A stretch of 39,954 nucleotides of DNA, taken from positions 1 through 39,954 of IMG/VR virus record IMGVR_UViG_2563366978_000009; one strand, written 5' to 3'. The notes beneath the pieces are model-generated. The model was not told where the DNA came from, ran no database searches, and saw only the letters and a list, made by a program, of their open reading frames with translations. Shown piece by piece: positions 1 through 8,073 of the stretch. Numbering within the stretch: the first letter of the stretch is position 1; each line of letters begins with the position of its first letter. Both the position numbers and the translations under genes were made by a program. The DNA comes from a virus. Lineage: Duplodnaviria; Heunggongvirae; Uroviricota; Caudoviricetes.

Positions 1-516
1 ATGAAATTAAAAAAATGTCTTCTGCCTGTGGCAATGTTAGCGTCATTTACTCTGGCAGGATGCCAGTCAAATGCTGATGATCATGCCGCCGATGTTTATC
101 AAACCGATCAACTGAATACCAAACAAGAAACTAAAACCGTTAATATTATTTCCATTCTTCCCGCAAAAGTTGCCGTAGACAACGCCCAAAATAAACGGAA
201 CGCACAAGCCTTCGGCGCGCTTATTGGCGCTGTCGCTGGCGGTGTTATCGGCCACAACGTCGGGTCTGGCAGCAATTCCGGAACGACAGCAGGTGCAGTT
301 GGCGGCGGAGCTGTTGGCGCAGCAGCGGGTTCTATGGTGAATGATAAAACCTTAGTGGAAGGTGTTTCTTTAACATATAAGGAAGGCACCAAAGTGTATA
401 CCTCCACCCAGGTGGGTAAAGAGTGCCAGTTTACGACAGGTTTAGCCGTTGTTATTACCACGACGTATAACGAAACGCGTATTCAGCCAAATACCAAATG
501 TCCTGAAAAGAGCTAA
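1..516 (+). CDS. yfgH: Outer-membrane lipoprotein, SlyB/Pcp-type glycine zipper (host flank, YfgH-like)
   Basis: Signal peptide with lipobox LAGC, DVY motif, then Gly/Ala-rich block GALIGAVAGGVIGHNVG. Length 171 aa and adjacency to a 179-aa ORF and a guaA 3' remnant fit the enterobacterial yfgH-yfgI-guaA locus. Symbol assigned by synteny and length, not by search. Confidence 0.55.
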   Translation: MKLKKCLLPVAMLASFTLAGCQSNADDHAADVYQTDQLNTKQETKTVNIISILPAKVAVDNAQNKRNAQAFGALIGAVAGGVIGHNVGSGSNSGTTAGAVGGGAVGAAAGSMVNDKTLVEGVSLTYKEGTKVYTSTQVGKECQFTTGLAVVITTTYNETRIQPNTKCPEKS

Positions 517-531
517 TAATCAGGAGGAGTC

Positions 532-1071
532 ATGAAGAAAGTTTTTCTTTGCGCCATCTTAGCCTCCTTAAGCTATCCGGCTATCGCCTCATCATTGCAG
601 GATCAACTCTCGGCTGTCGCAGAAGCGGAACAGCAAGGTAAAAATGAAGAGCAAAGGCAGCATGACGAATGGGTCGCGGAGCGCAACAGGGAAATCCAGC
701 AAGAGAAGCAACGTCGCGCAAACGCCCAGGCCGCGGCTAATAAAAGAGCGGCAACGGCAGCAGCGAATAAGAAAGCTCGTCAGGATAAACTGGACGCCGA
801 AGCCACTGCGGACAAAAAACGCGATCAAAGTTATGAAGATGAGCTACGTAGCTTAGAGATTCAGAAGCAAAAACTGGCGCTGGCGAAAGAAGAAGCCCGC
901 GTTAAGCGCGAAAACGAATTTATCGATCAGGAACTGAAGCACAAAGCTGCGCAAACCGATGTGGTGCAATCTGAAGCTGACGCAAACAGAAATATGACTG
1001 AAGGCGGTCGCGATCTGATGAAAAGCGTGGGTAAAGCAGAAGAGAACAAATCGGACAGCTGGTTTAACTAA
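532..1071 (+). CDS. yfgI: Secreted Lys/Ala/Gln-rich charged protein (host flank, YfgI-like)
   Basis: RBS AGGAGG 6 nt upstream; N-terminal signal peptide; 179 aa; followed by a bidirectional terminator. Symbol by synteny and length only. Confidence 0.5.
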   Translation: MKKVFLCAILASLSYPAIASSLQDQLSAVAEAEQQGKNEEQRQHDEWVAERNREIQQEKQRRANAQAAANKRAATAAANKKARQDKLDAEATADKKRDQSYEDELRSLEIQKQKLALAKEEARVKRENEFIDQELKHKAAQTDVVQSEADANRNMTEGGRDLMKSVGKAEENKSDSWFN

Positions 1072-1110
1072 GCGATGTCAGTAACTTCAAGCCTATGATT
1101 CGTGAGTATA

Positions 1111-1139
1111 AAAAACCCTCTGTAGTAACAGAGGGTTTT
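1111..1139. terminator. Rho-independent terminator hairpin
   Basis: AACCCTCTG / CAGAGGGTT stem with 6-nt loop, A-run upstream and T-run downstream, directly after the 532..1071 stop. Confidence 0.6.
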
Positions 1140-1149
1140 GTTCATTCAT

Positions 1150-1190
1150 AGTACAGGGTTCAAATCATTCCCACTCAATTATTTACGACA
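1150..1190. other. Candidate prophage attachment core carrying the terminal codons of guaA
   Basis: Reverse complement of 1165..1179 reads ATT GAG TGG GAA TGA (I-E-W-E-stop), matching the IEWE C-terminus recalled for GMP synthase. The frame is closed by a stop two codons further upstream, so only the last codons are present. Exact core limits not determinable from one junction. Confidence 0.4.
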
Positions 1191-1289
1191 ATCATAACCA
1201 ATTGAGTGATAACATTTTTCCAAAACTTCATTTTTCTAGTACCGTTTTATATACCGTCACCGGAAATCAGTACCATGAAAAATGCCATG

Positions 1290-1772
1290 CTATCTGGTCA
1301 GGGTGTCGTATTGTTTTTCGCAGACTCTTCCGGCTTCGGCTGCCCGGTCAGCATACTCTGCCAGTTGTCTGTTTCTCTCGAGAGATTTGCTGAGCACGTC
1401 GGCAAGCAAAACTCCGGTGTCTGCGGCTGACGTCCCAGCGCCGACAATGGCGTTATACTGCCTGAGCTGCTCACGGATGGCAAAGAGTTGTTGCTGCAAC
1501 CGGCCAGCGCGAGCGGCAGCATCAAGAGCATCATTGCGCGCCTGGTCGATCCTCTGCTGCGCTTCACGTTCATTGATCGATTTCTCCTGTTCGTAGTGCT
1601 GACGAACTATCTCATCTTCAGCTTTGCGGTCTTCCTTCGCCTGCGCATACCCGGCATCGTACTGACGACTGCCGTGTGCATTCCAGGCTACAACTCCTGA
1701 TATGACCAGAACAGCAAGCATCGCCATGATAACCAACTGTTTCCAGTATGCTTTTGCGAATGCCCAGATCAT
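1290..1772 (-). CDS. Rz-like i-spanin
   Basis: N-terminal TM helix then Gln/Arg/Ala-rich coiled coil; ATGA overlap with the endolysin stop; last gene of the lysis cassette. Confidence 0.75.
   Translation of the reverse strand: MIWAFAKAYWKQLVIMAMLAVLVISGVVAWNAHGSRQYDAGYAQAKEDRKAEDEIVRQHYEQEKSINEREAQQRIDQARNDALDAAARAGRLQQQLFAIREQLRQYNAIVGAGTSAADTGVLLADVLSKSLERNRQLAEYADRAAEAGRVCEKQYDTLTR
1298..1534 (-). CDS. Rz1-like o-spanin lipoprotein embedded in Rz
   Basis: Alternative frame wholly inside Rz; [13 protein letters not shown] signal with lipobox; Pro-rich mature part. Start chosen at the internal Met pair; exact start uncertain. Confidence 0.5.
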   Translation of the reverse strand: MMLLMLPLALAGCSNNSLPSVSSSGSITPLSALGRQPQTPEFCLPTCSANLSRETDNWQSMLTGQPKPEESAKNNTTP

Positions 1773-2398
1773 ACCGCCAGCACCTTACTGGCAGTTATGT
1801 ATCGCGCGCGCCGGTCATCAATGCCGTTCCGGCCACCATTGATAAGCAGAGTTACACGTGCAATATCTCCGGTATACTTCATGCAGCCTTTGCTGGAGAA
1901 GAACCACGCCGCGCTACGAGCCGCGTATTCGTCCTGCGCCAGCAGTTCAGGACTCTCCAGCAGGTCAACCTTAAGACCGTTTCCACAGTCACGATAGTTA
2001 TTCAAACCGGTAATCTGGATAAGTCCGCGCCCACGGTAGTTCCAGCCGTCACCAGGGGCATTGTTCCCCATGCGTTTGCTGTACACCAGATTGGCGATCG
2101 CTCGCTGGCGCTCGAGTGGCAATGGTGGCTCACCAGCACGTCGCCCCAGTGCATTAGCCTGCCCCTGAGTGAGACGCCCAGCCCGAACGAAGTTAGCCAG
2201 TCCGCTGACGCTGTAGTTGAAATTCTCCTGCAACCGGGTGAAGCCCACAGACTCATGCCCGACCTGAGCAATAAACATTGCCAGATCTTCTGGTTTGCTG
2301 ATACCAAACTCTTTCATCGCAGAAGTTATATGCGAGAACCAGCGTGCGGCCAGTTCCTCGCTGATACCAGCAGCTCGCTGGAATTGTTTAATCTCCAT
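1769..2398 (-). CDS. Endolysin, glycoside hydrolase family 19-like
   Basis: Start MEIKQFQ at 2398 with GAGG RBS (the long ORF has an implausible N-extension). Contains the GHESxxF block typical of GH19 chitinase-like lysozymes. Sits between holin-like and Rz genes. Confidence 0.8.
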   Translation of the reverse strand: MEIKQFQRAAGISEELAARWFSHITSAMKEFGISKPEDLAMFIAQVGHESVGFTRLQENFNYSVSGLANFVRAGRLTQGQANALGRRAGEPPLPLERQRAIANLVYSKRMGNNAPGDGWNYRGRGLIQITGLNNYRDCGNGLKVDLLESPELLAQDEYAARSAAWFFSSKGCMKYTGDIARVTLLINGGRNGIDDRRARYITASKVLAV

Positions 2399-2696
2399 GT
2401 TTAGACCTCGATATTTTGAAAATCTGAACAACGTTACCGCGTGTTTTAATAACCGCGGCAAGCATGACAGCGTTGATAATGACCTCAGATAAATCCACAG
2501 CCATTGGCGTGCGTAACCAGATTGCATAAGCGACACGAACTGGAATGCTGGCCGCAGCAACAATCAGGAAATAAGCAAGCCACCCACCCCATCGCCTGTG
2601 TTGAGAACCGTTTCTCCGAAATGTGGCAACTCGAACTGCTATACCGGCGCAAATAACCGCATTGGTGATAAGCAAAAAAAGCTCATGAGTTACCAT
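2388..2696 (-). CDS. Holin-like membrane protein (about 3 TM)
   Basis: 102 aa, three hydrophobic segments, overlaps the endolysin start by 11 nt. Confidence 0.5.
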   Translation of the reverse strand: MVTHELFLLITNAVICAGIAVRVATFRRNGSQHRRWGGWLAYFLIVAAASIPVRVAYAIWLRTPMAVDLSEVIINAVMLAAVIKTRGNVVQIFKISRSKHGD

Positions 2697-3096
2697 CGTC
2701 TTTTCTCCCCGGAATTAACTCGCGTGGATTATCGGAACGGTGATAGAGCCAGATCCCAATTCGCACAGCGACGATTGCTGACACAAATGCACCGGCAGAG
2801 AAAACAATCCCTTTCTCGAAAGAATCCTGTGTGATTGTAGGGATCAGGCTGGCTATGCCGATAAGAATTGATGCTGCTGGTTTGTAGAATAGAAGTCCGC
2901 AGAGAAAGCTAAGCATCGACAAGAGCACGCGACGACGAATGGGATACTCTACCGCAGAGGTAACAAAAATCACCGCCCCAGCCAAAGACCCCAAAGCAAC
3001 CTCAGGAGGAACTCCTGCTATCACTGCCGCCAAAGAACTCATGCTAAGCCACTGATTTAAAGTTTCACTGGTTAGTTGAGCTGACATGTTTTCCAC
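2683..3096 (-). CDS. Lysis-cassette membrane protein (about 4 TM; holin or antiholin-like)
   Basis: 137 aa, four hydrophobic segments, overlaps the next gene by 14 nt. Function inferred from position only. Confidence 0.4.
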   Translation of the reverse strand: MENMSAQLTSETLNQWLSMSSLAAVIAGVPPEVALGSLAGAVIFVTSAVEYPIRRRVLLSMLSFLCGLLFYKPAASILIGIASLIPTITQDSFEKGIVFSAGAFVSAIVAVRIGIWLYHRSDNPRELIPGRKDDGNS

Positions 3097-3453
3097 CGTT
3101 TATATGCATAACTACCTCCTGAACAGTAAAGCATTACGCATGATAAACCATTTATGGTTTTTTGTTACCCAATATTACCAATCCAATTCGCGATGGTCAA
3201 AACATATCCACAGCGGTAAGTTTGAGTGTTTTCATTTCCAAAACTTTATACAATAATATATGCAGTCTGTTATTTTTACGCACAATAAAAACACGATACC
3301 AGCTATTTCGCCATAAATACAATTTCCTTTAATGCTGCCAACAGTGCCTGCAAAACATATAACAGAACACATAAATAACAGGCATAATATAGATTTAATA
3401 ATCTAAGTGCATATAAATATCATTTAAGAAGTTAAGAGCATTATTATAATAAC

Positions 3454-3483
3454 AATAACCCCGCTGTTTTATTCGGGGTTATT
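3454..3483 (-). terminator. Hairpin downstream of the tailspike gene
   Basis: AATAACCCCG / CGGGGTTATT 10-bp inverted repeat with 10-nt loop, 10 nt past the tailspike stop, in AT-rich DNA. Confidence 0.45.
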
Positions 3484-3493
3484 GCATTTATTA

Positions 3494-6469
3494 TTACATT
3501 GCCATTAATATAAACATAGCCAATTCGTCATAACGAATTCCGTAGCGTCCTCCTGCTTTTTTTACAAGAATCATATCTCCTGTTTTATATTGAGAATAAA
3601 TTTTCTCACCTGTATCAGGATCTGTGCTCTCTTCAGTTATCACCTCTTCATCCCATACGTCAGGCCATTCATCGTAACACCAAAAAGCATATTGCTCCGG
3701 GTTTAAACCATGCTTTCTAAGAATATCCCCTACGGTTTGAGCGCCAACGCCAAAATGATACCTGGACGACTCAATTCCTTTGTGATTAATTGAGTCATTA
3801 AATTTAAATTTATAGATGACTGACTTTATTTCAATAGCGGCATTACGCTCTGCATTAAGAATATCATATCTTGTTTTAAGAGTTTCATCTGACGTATTGA
3901 TTGACCCGGTTCCTGCATAGATAACAGAGCATCTGTTTGATGGCTGTCCAATAGCTTTAACATTATCATCAACAGGAGCTATTTTATTAGCATCTGCCAA
4001 CCACCAGTCTGTTCCATCAGCGTGACCGATTCTTACTCTTATCCCACTTCTAATATTTAAACTTCCAGTATTGCTCTGTAAATTACAATCTCCTGACGTT
4101 GGTCCAAGCAGTACAGTTTTACCAACACCACATACTACTCTGGCATTTCCTTTTTGTGATACGAGTCTTGACTCACCTCCTGACTGCTCAGGAAGAGATT
4201 TATGGTCTATAAATGCATCGCGGGGGTTAAATACACCGTCTCCAGAATTATATCTTCCTCCTGTATAGTTGTTAAATACAGGACCCCAGTCAACGCCATT
4301 GCCTTCAGAGCACCCGACCATTCTAAGCACTCGAGTATTCCCTGCTGCATATGGTAATGAGCTTGTTGATTGCCGGGAAGCTATCATACGTGCTCCATAA
4401 CCAATAGCATTACCACCATTTATAGTTACATATGCTTGCTGGCTTTCGAAATATGTACTGTAAAAGTTCATATTTCCACAGTCATGTAGATGAATAAGAA
4501 CATCATCCCATCCCTGAATGGTTCCTGCATGTACCTGTACACCGCGAACTGGTTCCCCTGAAACCTCCATACACTCTGATGGCCGGCTGAATGGCTGAGA
4601 CAGGTATTGCGATGTGGCAAGCAGATGTGTGTGGTGATACAGGCTGGTAATGTAGCAATCGAAAAATTGCGTTCCCGCCATACCAAAGTTATCTATGTCA
4701 TTTCGCCGTATAGTAGAACCTACTGTTGCCTCAGAAGCGTTAGACACTCCAGTAAATACTAACTTATCACCGGATACGGATAATCCTGAATAAGTGAAAT
4801 TCCTGCCTCCCGATCTTAAAACCCCGGACGTTTCGAAGGTGTGGCTTGATGACCATGGGATTTCGATAGTGCTGGACGTTACCGCTGTAATTCGGAATAC
4901 ATCATGGGCGCGGATCGAAACACCCTTGAATCCCTGGAATCTACAGTGATAATAGTTTTCATCCTCGCCCTGAGCGGCCAGCGTGCCAGATACAGGAATG
5001 TTCGTTTTTAAAAGTGCCGTCTTGCGCCAGTATCCAACCACCTGCAAATTGCGGTATTCATTGCCAAAAGACGCACGTGACCAAATACCTACATCCCACT
5101 CATCGCCAAGACCGGTATTTGCAATGTCTTTATAACCATCCAGCCCATTGAAATATGGAACAATACGAAAGTTCTCAAGGCGAACACATCCTGTCTCTGG
5201 CATCAATATTGCGGCAGAGAATGGTTTAAGCGTGGCTCTTGTAGCCCCATTAGCATCACCGTTAGTAAAATCCAATAAATCATATGATGACGCAGGTGCC
5301 GTTGTTGTATACGGGTCTTCGGAAGATGGATTAGAAACCACACCACCACTAACATCCATATTAGAAACACAATCTACAGTATATTTTTTATTTCCTACAC
5401 CGTACATCAGGAATGTGGTCCCTGTGGTAATATCAGGAGCAAATGTTGCAGTATATCCAGAGACCCATTTGCCCACACCAAGACCAATTATCCCACCACC
5501 AGAAACAGGTGTTAACGTATCCGTTATTACATACGCATTATCAGTACCATAAATAACCTTTCCTGTGTTAATGGCAGCTTGCCACGCGGCCCAGTCTATT
5601 GACTGAGATAATGAGTCAACAAAAGGATATAAGGATTTTGCTTCAGAAATTGAAGAAAACCTCTCAGATAATGGATGATATTTCCCATCCCCAATTGCTC
5701 CGAATTGTTTTACATTTAAGAAAAGAGCATTGTTTTCATGCTGAGTTATAGTTACAGCCCCGGCAAATGGCTGCCTTACACCAATTAATGCATCACCTTT
5801 TCCTTCTCCTGCGCTAGATAATTGCAGAAGAACATCTGCGGCACTGCCAGAAGGCACAGGTACACCTATAGGTTTACCATTGACGATACCAATGACAGTT
5901 TCTTCCAGTAAATGAACTGGAGGAAGTGGTTCAATAAAATTATCTGGAACCCGTAATGTCCTGTTAATATTCACATTAACAATATTATCAACATAATTCT
6001 TTGTAGCTGCATCTTGAGGCTTGGAAGGATCGCGCAAATTGCGGATGTAATTATTCAAAGCATCGTAATAGTTTGCCACAAATGATGGTTTGCGCAGCGC
6101 CAGGCTAAACCAACTGCGGACTTGCTGTATCAGCATCGTCAGCTTATCTAACGCGTCTTCATGCACCTCAGCGAAAAACTTTCCCTGATTTCGCAGATCA
6201 GTTTCCTGCGTAACCGGGAGCTCTCGTGATATAGAAATCTGATAACCGTTAGCTAACGCCTTCGACAGAATTACATTACCGCCATTATATCCACCAGCCC
6301 CAGTGACAGTGTAATCAGTATCAAGAGCCAGCACAGCGATATTTTCGTCAAGGTCAACCACCTGCACTACCAGATCAGATTCCTTGAAAACCCTAAAGGT
6401 ATAAGGAAATGAAGTCGTAACGCCATTGCCTGTGTATTCGTTGTGGTCAACTTCGGTTGAGACCGTCAT
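3494..6469 (-). CDS. Tailspike / tail fibre: T7 gp17-like N-terminal adaptor, central receptor-binding region, C-terminal S74-type intramolecular chaperone
   Basis: 991 aa; GGAG RBS. N-terminus (EYTGNGVTTSFPYTF...LDTDYTV) resembles the T7 tail-fibre N-domain. C-terminal ~150 aa has the SDETLKT block, like the Ser-Lys autocleavage motif of endosialidase-type chaperone domains. Gly/Ser/Thr/Asn-rich middle. Confidence 0.75.
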   Translation of the reverse strand: MTVSTEVDHNEYTGNGVTTSFPYTFRVFKESDLVVQVVDLDENIAVLALDTDYTVTGAGGYNGGNVILSKALANGYQISISRELPVTQETDLRNQGKFFAEVHEDALDKLTMLIQQVRSWFSLALRKPSFVANYYDALNNYIRNLRDPSKPQDAATKNYVDNIVNVNINRTLRVPDNFIEPLPPVHLLEETVIGIVNGKPIGVPVPSGSAADVLLQLSSAGEGKGDALIGVRQPFAGAVTITQHENNALFLNVKQFGAIGDGKYHPLSERFSSISEAKSLYPFVDSLSQSIDWAAWQAAINTGKVIYGTDNAYVITDTLTPVSGGGIIGLGVGKWVSGYTATFAPDITTGTTFLMYGVGNKKYTVDCVSNMDVSGGVVSNPSSEDPYTTTAPASSYDLLDFTNGDANGATRATLKPFSAAILMPETGCVRLENFRIVPYFNGLDGYKDIANTGLGDEWDVGIWSRASFGNEYRNLQVVGYWRKTALLKTNIPVSGTLAAQGEDENYYHCRFQGFKGVSIRAHDVFRITAVTSSTIEIPWSSSHTFETSGVLRSGGRNFTYSGLSVSGDKLVFTGVSNASEATVGSTIRRNDIDNFGMAGTQFFDCYITSLYHHTHLLATSQYLSQPFSRPSECMEVSGEPVRGVQVHAGTIQGWDDVLIHLHDCGNMNFYSTYFESQQAYVTINGGNAIGYGARMIASRQSTSSLPYAAGNTRVLRMVGCSEGNGVDWGPVFNNYTGGRYNSGDGVFNPRDAFIDHKSLPEQSGGESRLVSQKGNARVVCGVGKTVLLGPTSGDCNLQSNTGSLNIRSGIRVRIGHADGTDWWLADANKIAPVDDNVKAIGQPSNRCSVIYAGTGSINTSDETLKTRYDILNAERNAAIEIKSVIYKFKFNDSINHKGIESSRYHFGVGAQTVGDILRKHGLNPEQYAFWCYDEWPDVWDEEVITEESTDPDTGEKIYSQYKTGDMILVKKAGGRYGIRYDELAMFILMAM

Positions 6470-6573
6470 GTTAAATCTCCAGATAGTCGCAGCACCCGTT
6501 GCGCCGCATATCTGGTTATTCTATTACCTGAAAAACCAGATATGGATGGAAAGAGTGTTAATGTGAGCAGATA

Positions 6574-6588
6574 TTACCTTTCAGGTGA
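6574..6588. promoter_or_regulatory. Operator-like palindrome TTACC-N5-GGTGA (one mismatch)
   Basis: TTACCTTTCAGGTGA in the intergenic region between the tailspike start and the LexA-boxed gene. Confidence 0.5.
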
Positions 6589-6625
6589 TTCGCAAAACGT
6601 GCTGGATAGCAAACAAATTATTTGA

Positions 6626-6645
6626 TACTGTATAAATATACAGTT
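6626..6645. promoter_or_regulatory. LexA (SOS) box
   Basis: TACTGTATAAATATACAGTT matches the CTGT-N8-ACAG consensus TACTGTATATATATACAGTA at 18 of 20 positions, about 20 nt upstream of the ATG at 6666. Confidence 0.75.
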
Positions 6646-6665
6646 ATTGCATGGAGAAGATTAAG

Positions 6666-6923
6666 ATGCAGCAGTATCACTATCCACTGGAAGACGGATT
6701 TACCGAAAGGATTCACACGCCGGGAGGCGTCAGGTCACTGGTGGAGGGATCGCATTTGATGAAATTACTCCGGGATCTCGATAAGGATGGATTTAATGTC
6801 GATGGCCCACTTGCCGAACTGACTGCACTGATTAACTACGTCACCAGCTCACAGATGTCTATGCGGGATCTGCAAACACATCTCGACTATTGTGCCGAAC
6901 AATTACGAAAACAAACCCGGTAA
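6666..6923 (+). CDS. Small antirepressor-like protein, paralog of the C-terminal domain of the AntA-type protein at 8074..8730
   Basis: Start at 6666 with GGAG RBS (ATG at 6651 lacks an RBS and abuts the LexA box). About 40 percent identity by eye to the C-terminal 75 aa of the 8074..8730 product (shared PL, IH.P.GV, LM.LL, DG..V.G..AEL, RD.QTH). Confidence 0.6.
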   Translation: MQQYHYPLEDGFTERIHTPGGVRSLVEGSHLMKLLRDLDKDGFNVDGPLAELTALINYVTSSQMSMRDLQTHLDYCAEQLRKQTR

Positions 6924-6930
6924 ATTTAAA

Positions 6931-6946
6931 GGCCGCAAGAGCGGCC
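6931..6946. terminator. Hairpin between convergent genes
   Basis: GGCCGC AAGA GCGGCC; shared by the + gene ending at 6923 and the - gene ending at 6946. Confidence 0.45.
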
Positions 6947-7674
6947 TATCGTTTCGCTTTGTGCTCATCCCAGCACGTTTTGCACCATGCCATTAAGCCG
7001 TCCGCATTTTGATTATTAGGGTAAAAGCTGGTTCGTTTTCTGCGGACATTACAAATTGGGCACCACTTCATATGGCGTGTATTCTTTGGGCCATCGAGAC
7101 ACCTTGCACACCACTTAGTCAATCCATCTGGATTTTTTGACGATTTCCTGAATTTTTCATATGGAAGGTTTATTCTGCATCGCAAGCACTGCTTGCTACC
7201 ACTTGAAACTCTGTTAGCTGATTCTTCTTTTGGCGGCGATACAGAAGGTATTCTTGCTGGCTCTGATACTGCCTGAGGTGCTTTTTTAGATGACTGAGAC
7301 GATATGTCACCACCAGGGAATCTTCCATGATATGCCGGACGCGTTGACACTCCAGGTGGAAGCTCAGCTGTAAACGGCTTTGACTGAATCAGTTGCCTCT
7401 CTTTTGCTAACTCCTGCTGTTTATAATATGTCTGGATTACCGCACTATCATAAGCAGGAGGTGCGGAAATATTAGGCGCATTACCTCCAGTTTTTTGAAA
7501 CTGAGTAGAGGTGTGTTCTATCACCTGTGTACGATTAATCGTTATCTCCCCATCTTCGGTCTTTATCGTTTTGTTATGATTAACGACCGTACGATCAGAG
7601 ATCTTAGTCTTGTTCTGGTTGATAACGTAAATAATCACCGCAACCACACCAACAACTATCCAGAAAACTTCCAT
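6946..7674 (-). CDS. Membrane-anchored protein with Pro/Ser-rich linker and C-terminal triple zinc-ribbon-like repeats
   Basis: N-terminal TM (MEVFWIVVGVVAVIIYVI); C-terminus has CLRC, DGLTKWCARC, KWCPIC, DGLMAWCKTC. No family recognised. Confidence 0.6.
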   Translation of the reverse strand: MEVFWIVVGVVAVIIYVINQNKTKISDRTVVNHNKTIKTEDGEITINRTQVIEHTSTQFQKTGGNAPNISAPPAYDSAVIQTYYKQQELAKERQLIQSKPFTAELPPGVSTRPAYHGRFPGGDISSQSSKKAPQAVSEPARIPSVSPPKEESANRVSSGSKQCLRCRINLPYEKFRKSSKNPDGLTKWCARCLDGPKNTRHMKWCPICNVRRKRTSFYPNNQNADGLMAWCKTCWDEHKAKR

Positions 7675-7694
7675 TTCTTTTCCTCACAATAACA

Positions 7695-7709
7695 TTACCT
7701 TAAAGGTAA
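7695..7709. promoter_or_regulatory. Operator palindrome TTACC-N5-GGTAA (perfect)
   Basis: TTACCTTAAAGGTAA, followed by a degenerate copy cTTGCTTTCAGGTGA at 7713..7727. Confidence 0.55.
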
Positions 7710-7787
7710 TATCTTGCTTTCAGGTGATCAAGCGTTAAACCCAATAAACCAAATACGGTTGATTTTAATATTTCTTCGCGTTTATAA

Positions 7788-7802
7788 TTACCTTTGCGGT
7801 AA
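7788..7802. promoter_or_regulatory. Operator palindrome TTACC-N5-GGTAA (perfect), overlapping a TATAAT -10
   Basis: TTTATAATTACCTTTGCGGTAA; TATAAT at 7783..7788. Confidence 0.55.
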
Positions 7803-7892
7803 ATTTACATCGCACTCCTCTTGTGCCATAGTAATCGGGCACTGGCAAAATCCAGTGCCGGGATTGGTCTCCCGGATTACTAAGTGGCGCAT

Positions 7893-7915
7893 ACCACGCC
7901 AGACGTGGTTTTTTT
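7893..7915 (+). terminator. Intrinsic terminator or attenuator inside the long leader of the AntA-type gene
   Basis: ACCACG CCAGA CGTGGT followed by seven T, preceded by another 8-bp hairpin at 7837..7860, about 160 nt upstream of the ATG at 8074. Confidence 0.5.
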
Positions 7916-8073
7916 ATGCGTATAGCACAGTCATGCCAGAATTATGGTGGGCTGAATGGGGGTCCGAAAGGACGCCGGTACCACTTAGGCCGGTAAGACC
8001 AACTCCGTTCAGTTCACCACCATCTGATTGGTCTCAGCGGTGGTGATGTAATTCGCTAAGTGGAGACGCCATC

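Noticed and set aside
2683-3096. 137-aa four-TM protein as a GtrA-type flippase of a serotype-conversion operon
   Set aside because: No GtrB or GtrC-like genes nearby and the gene overlaps the holin-like and endolysin genes; a lysis-cassette role is more likely, though the size and topology are compatible with GtrA.
3097-3453. AT-rich 360-bp region upstream of the lysis cassette as a hidden gene or full operator
   Set aside because: No ORF with an RBS; only a TTACC half-site and the AACCA/TGGTT element are present. Retained as probable promoter DNA.
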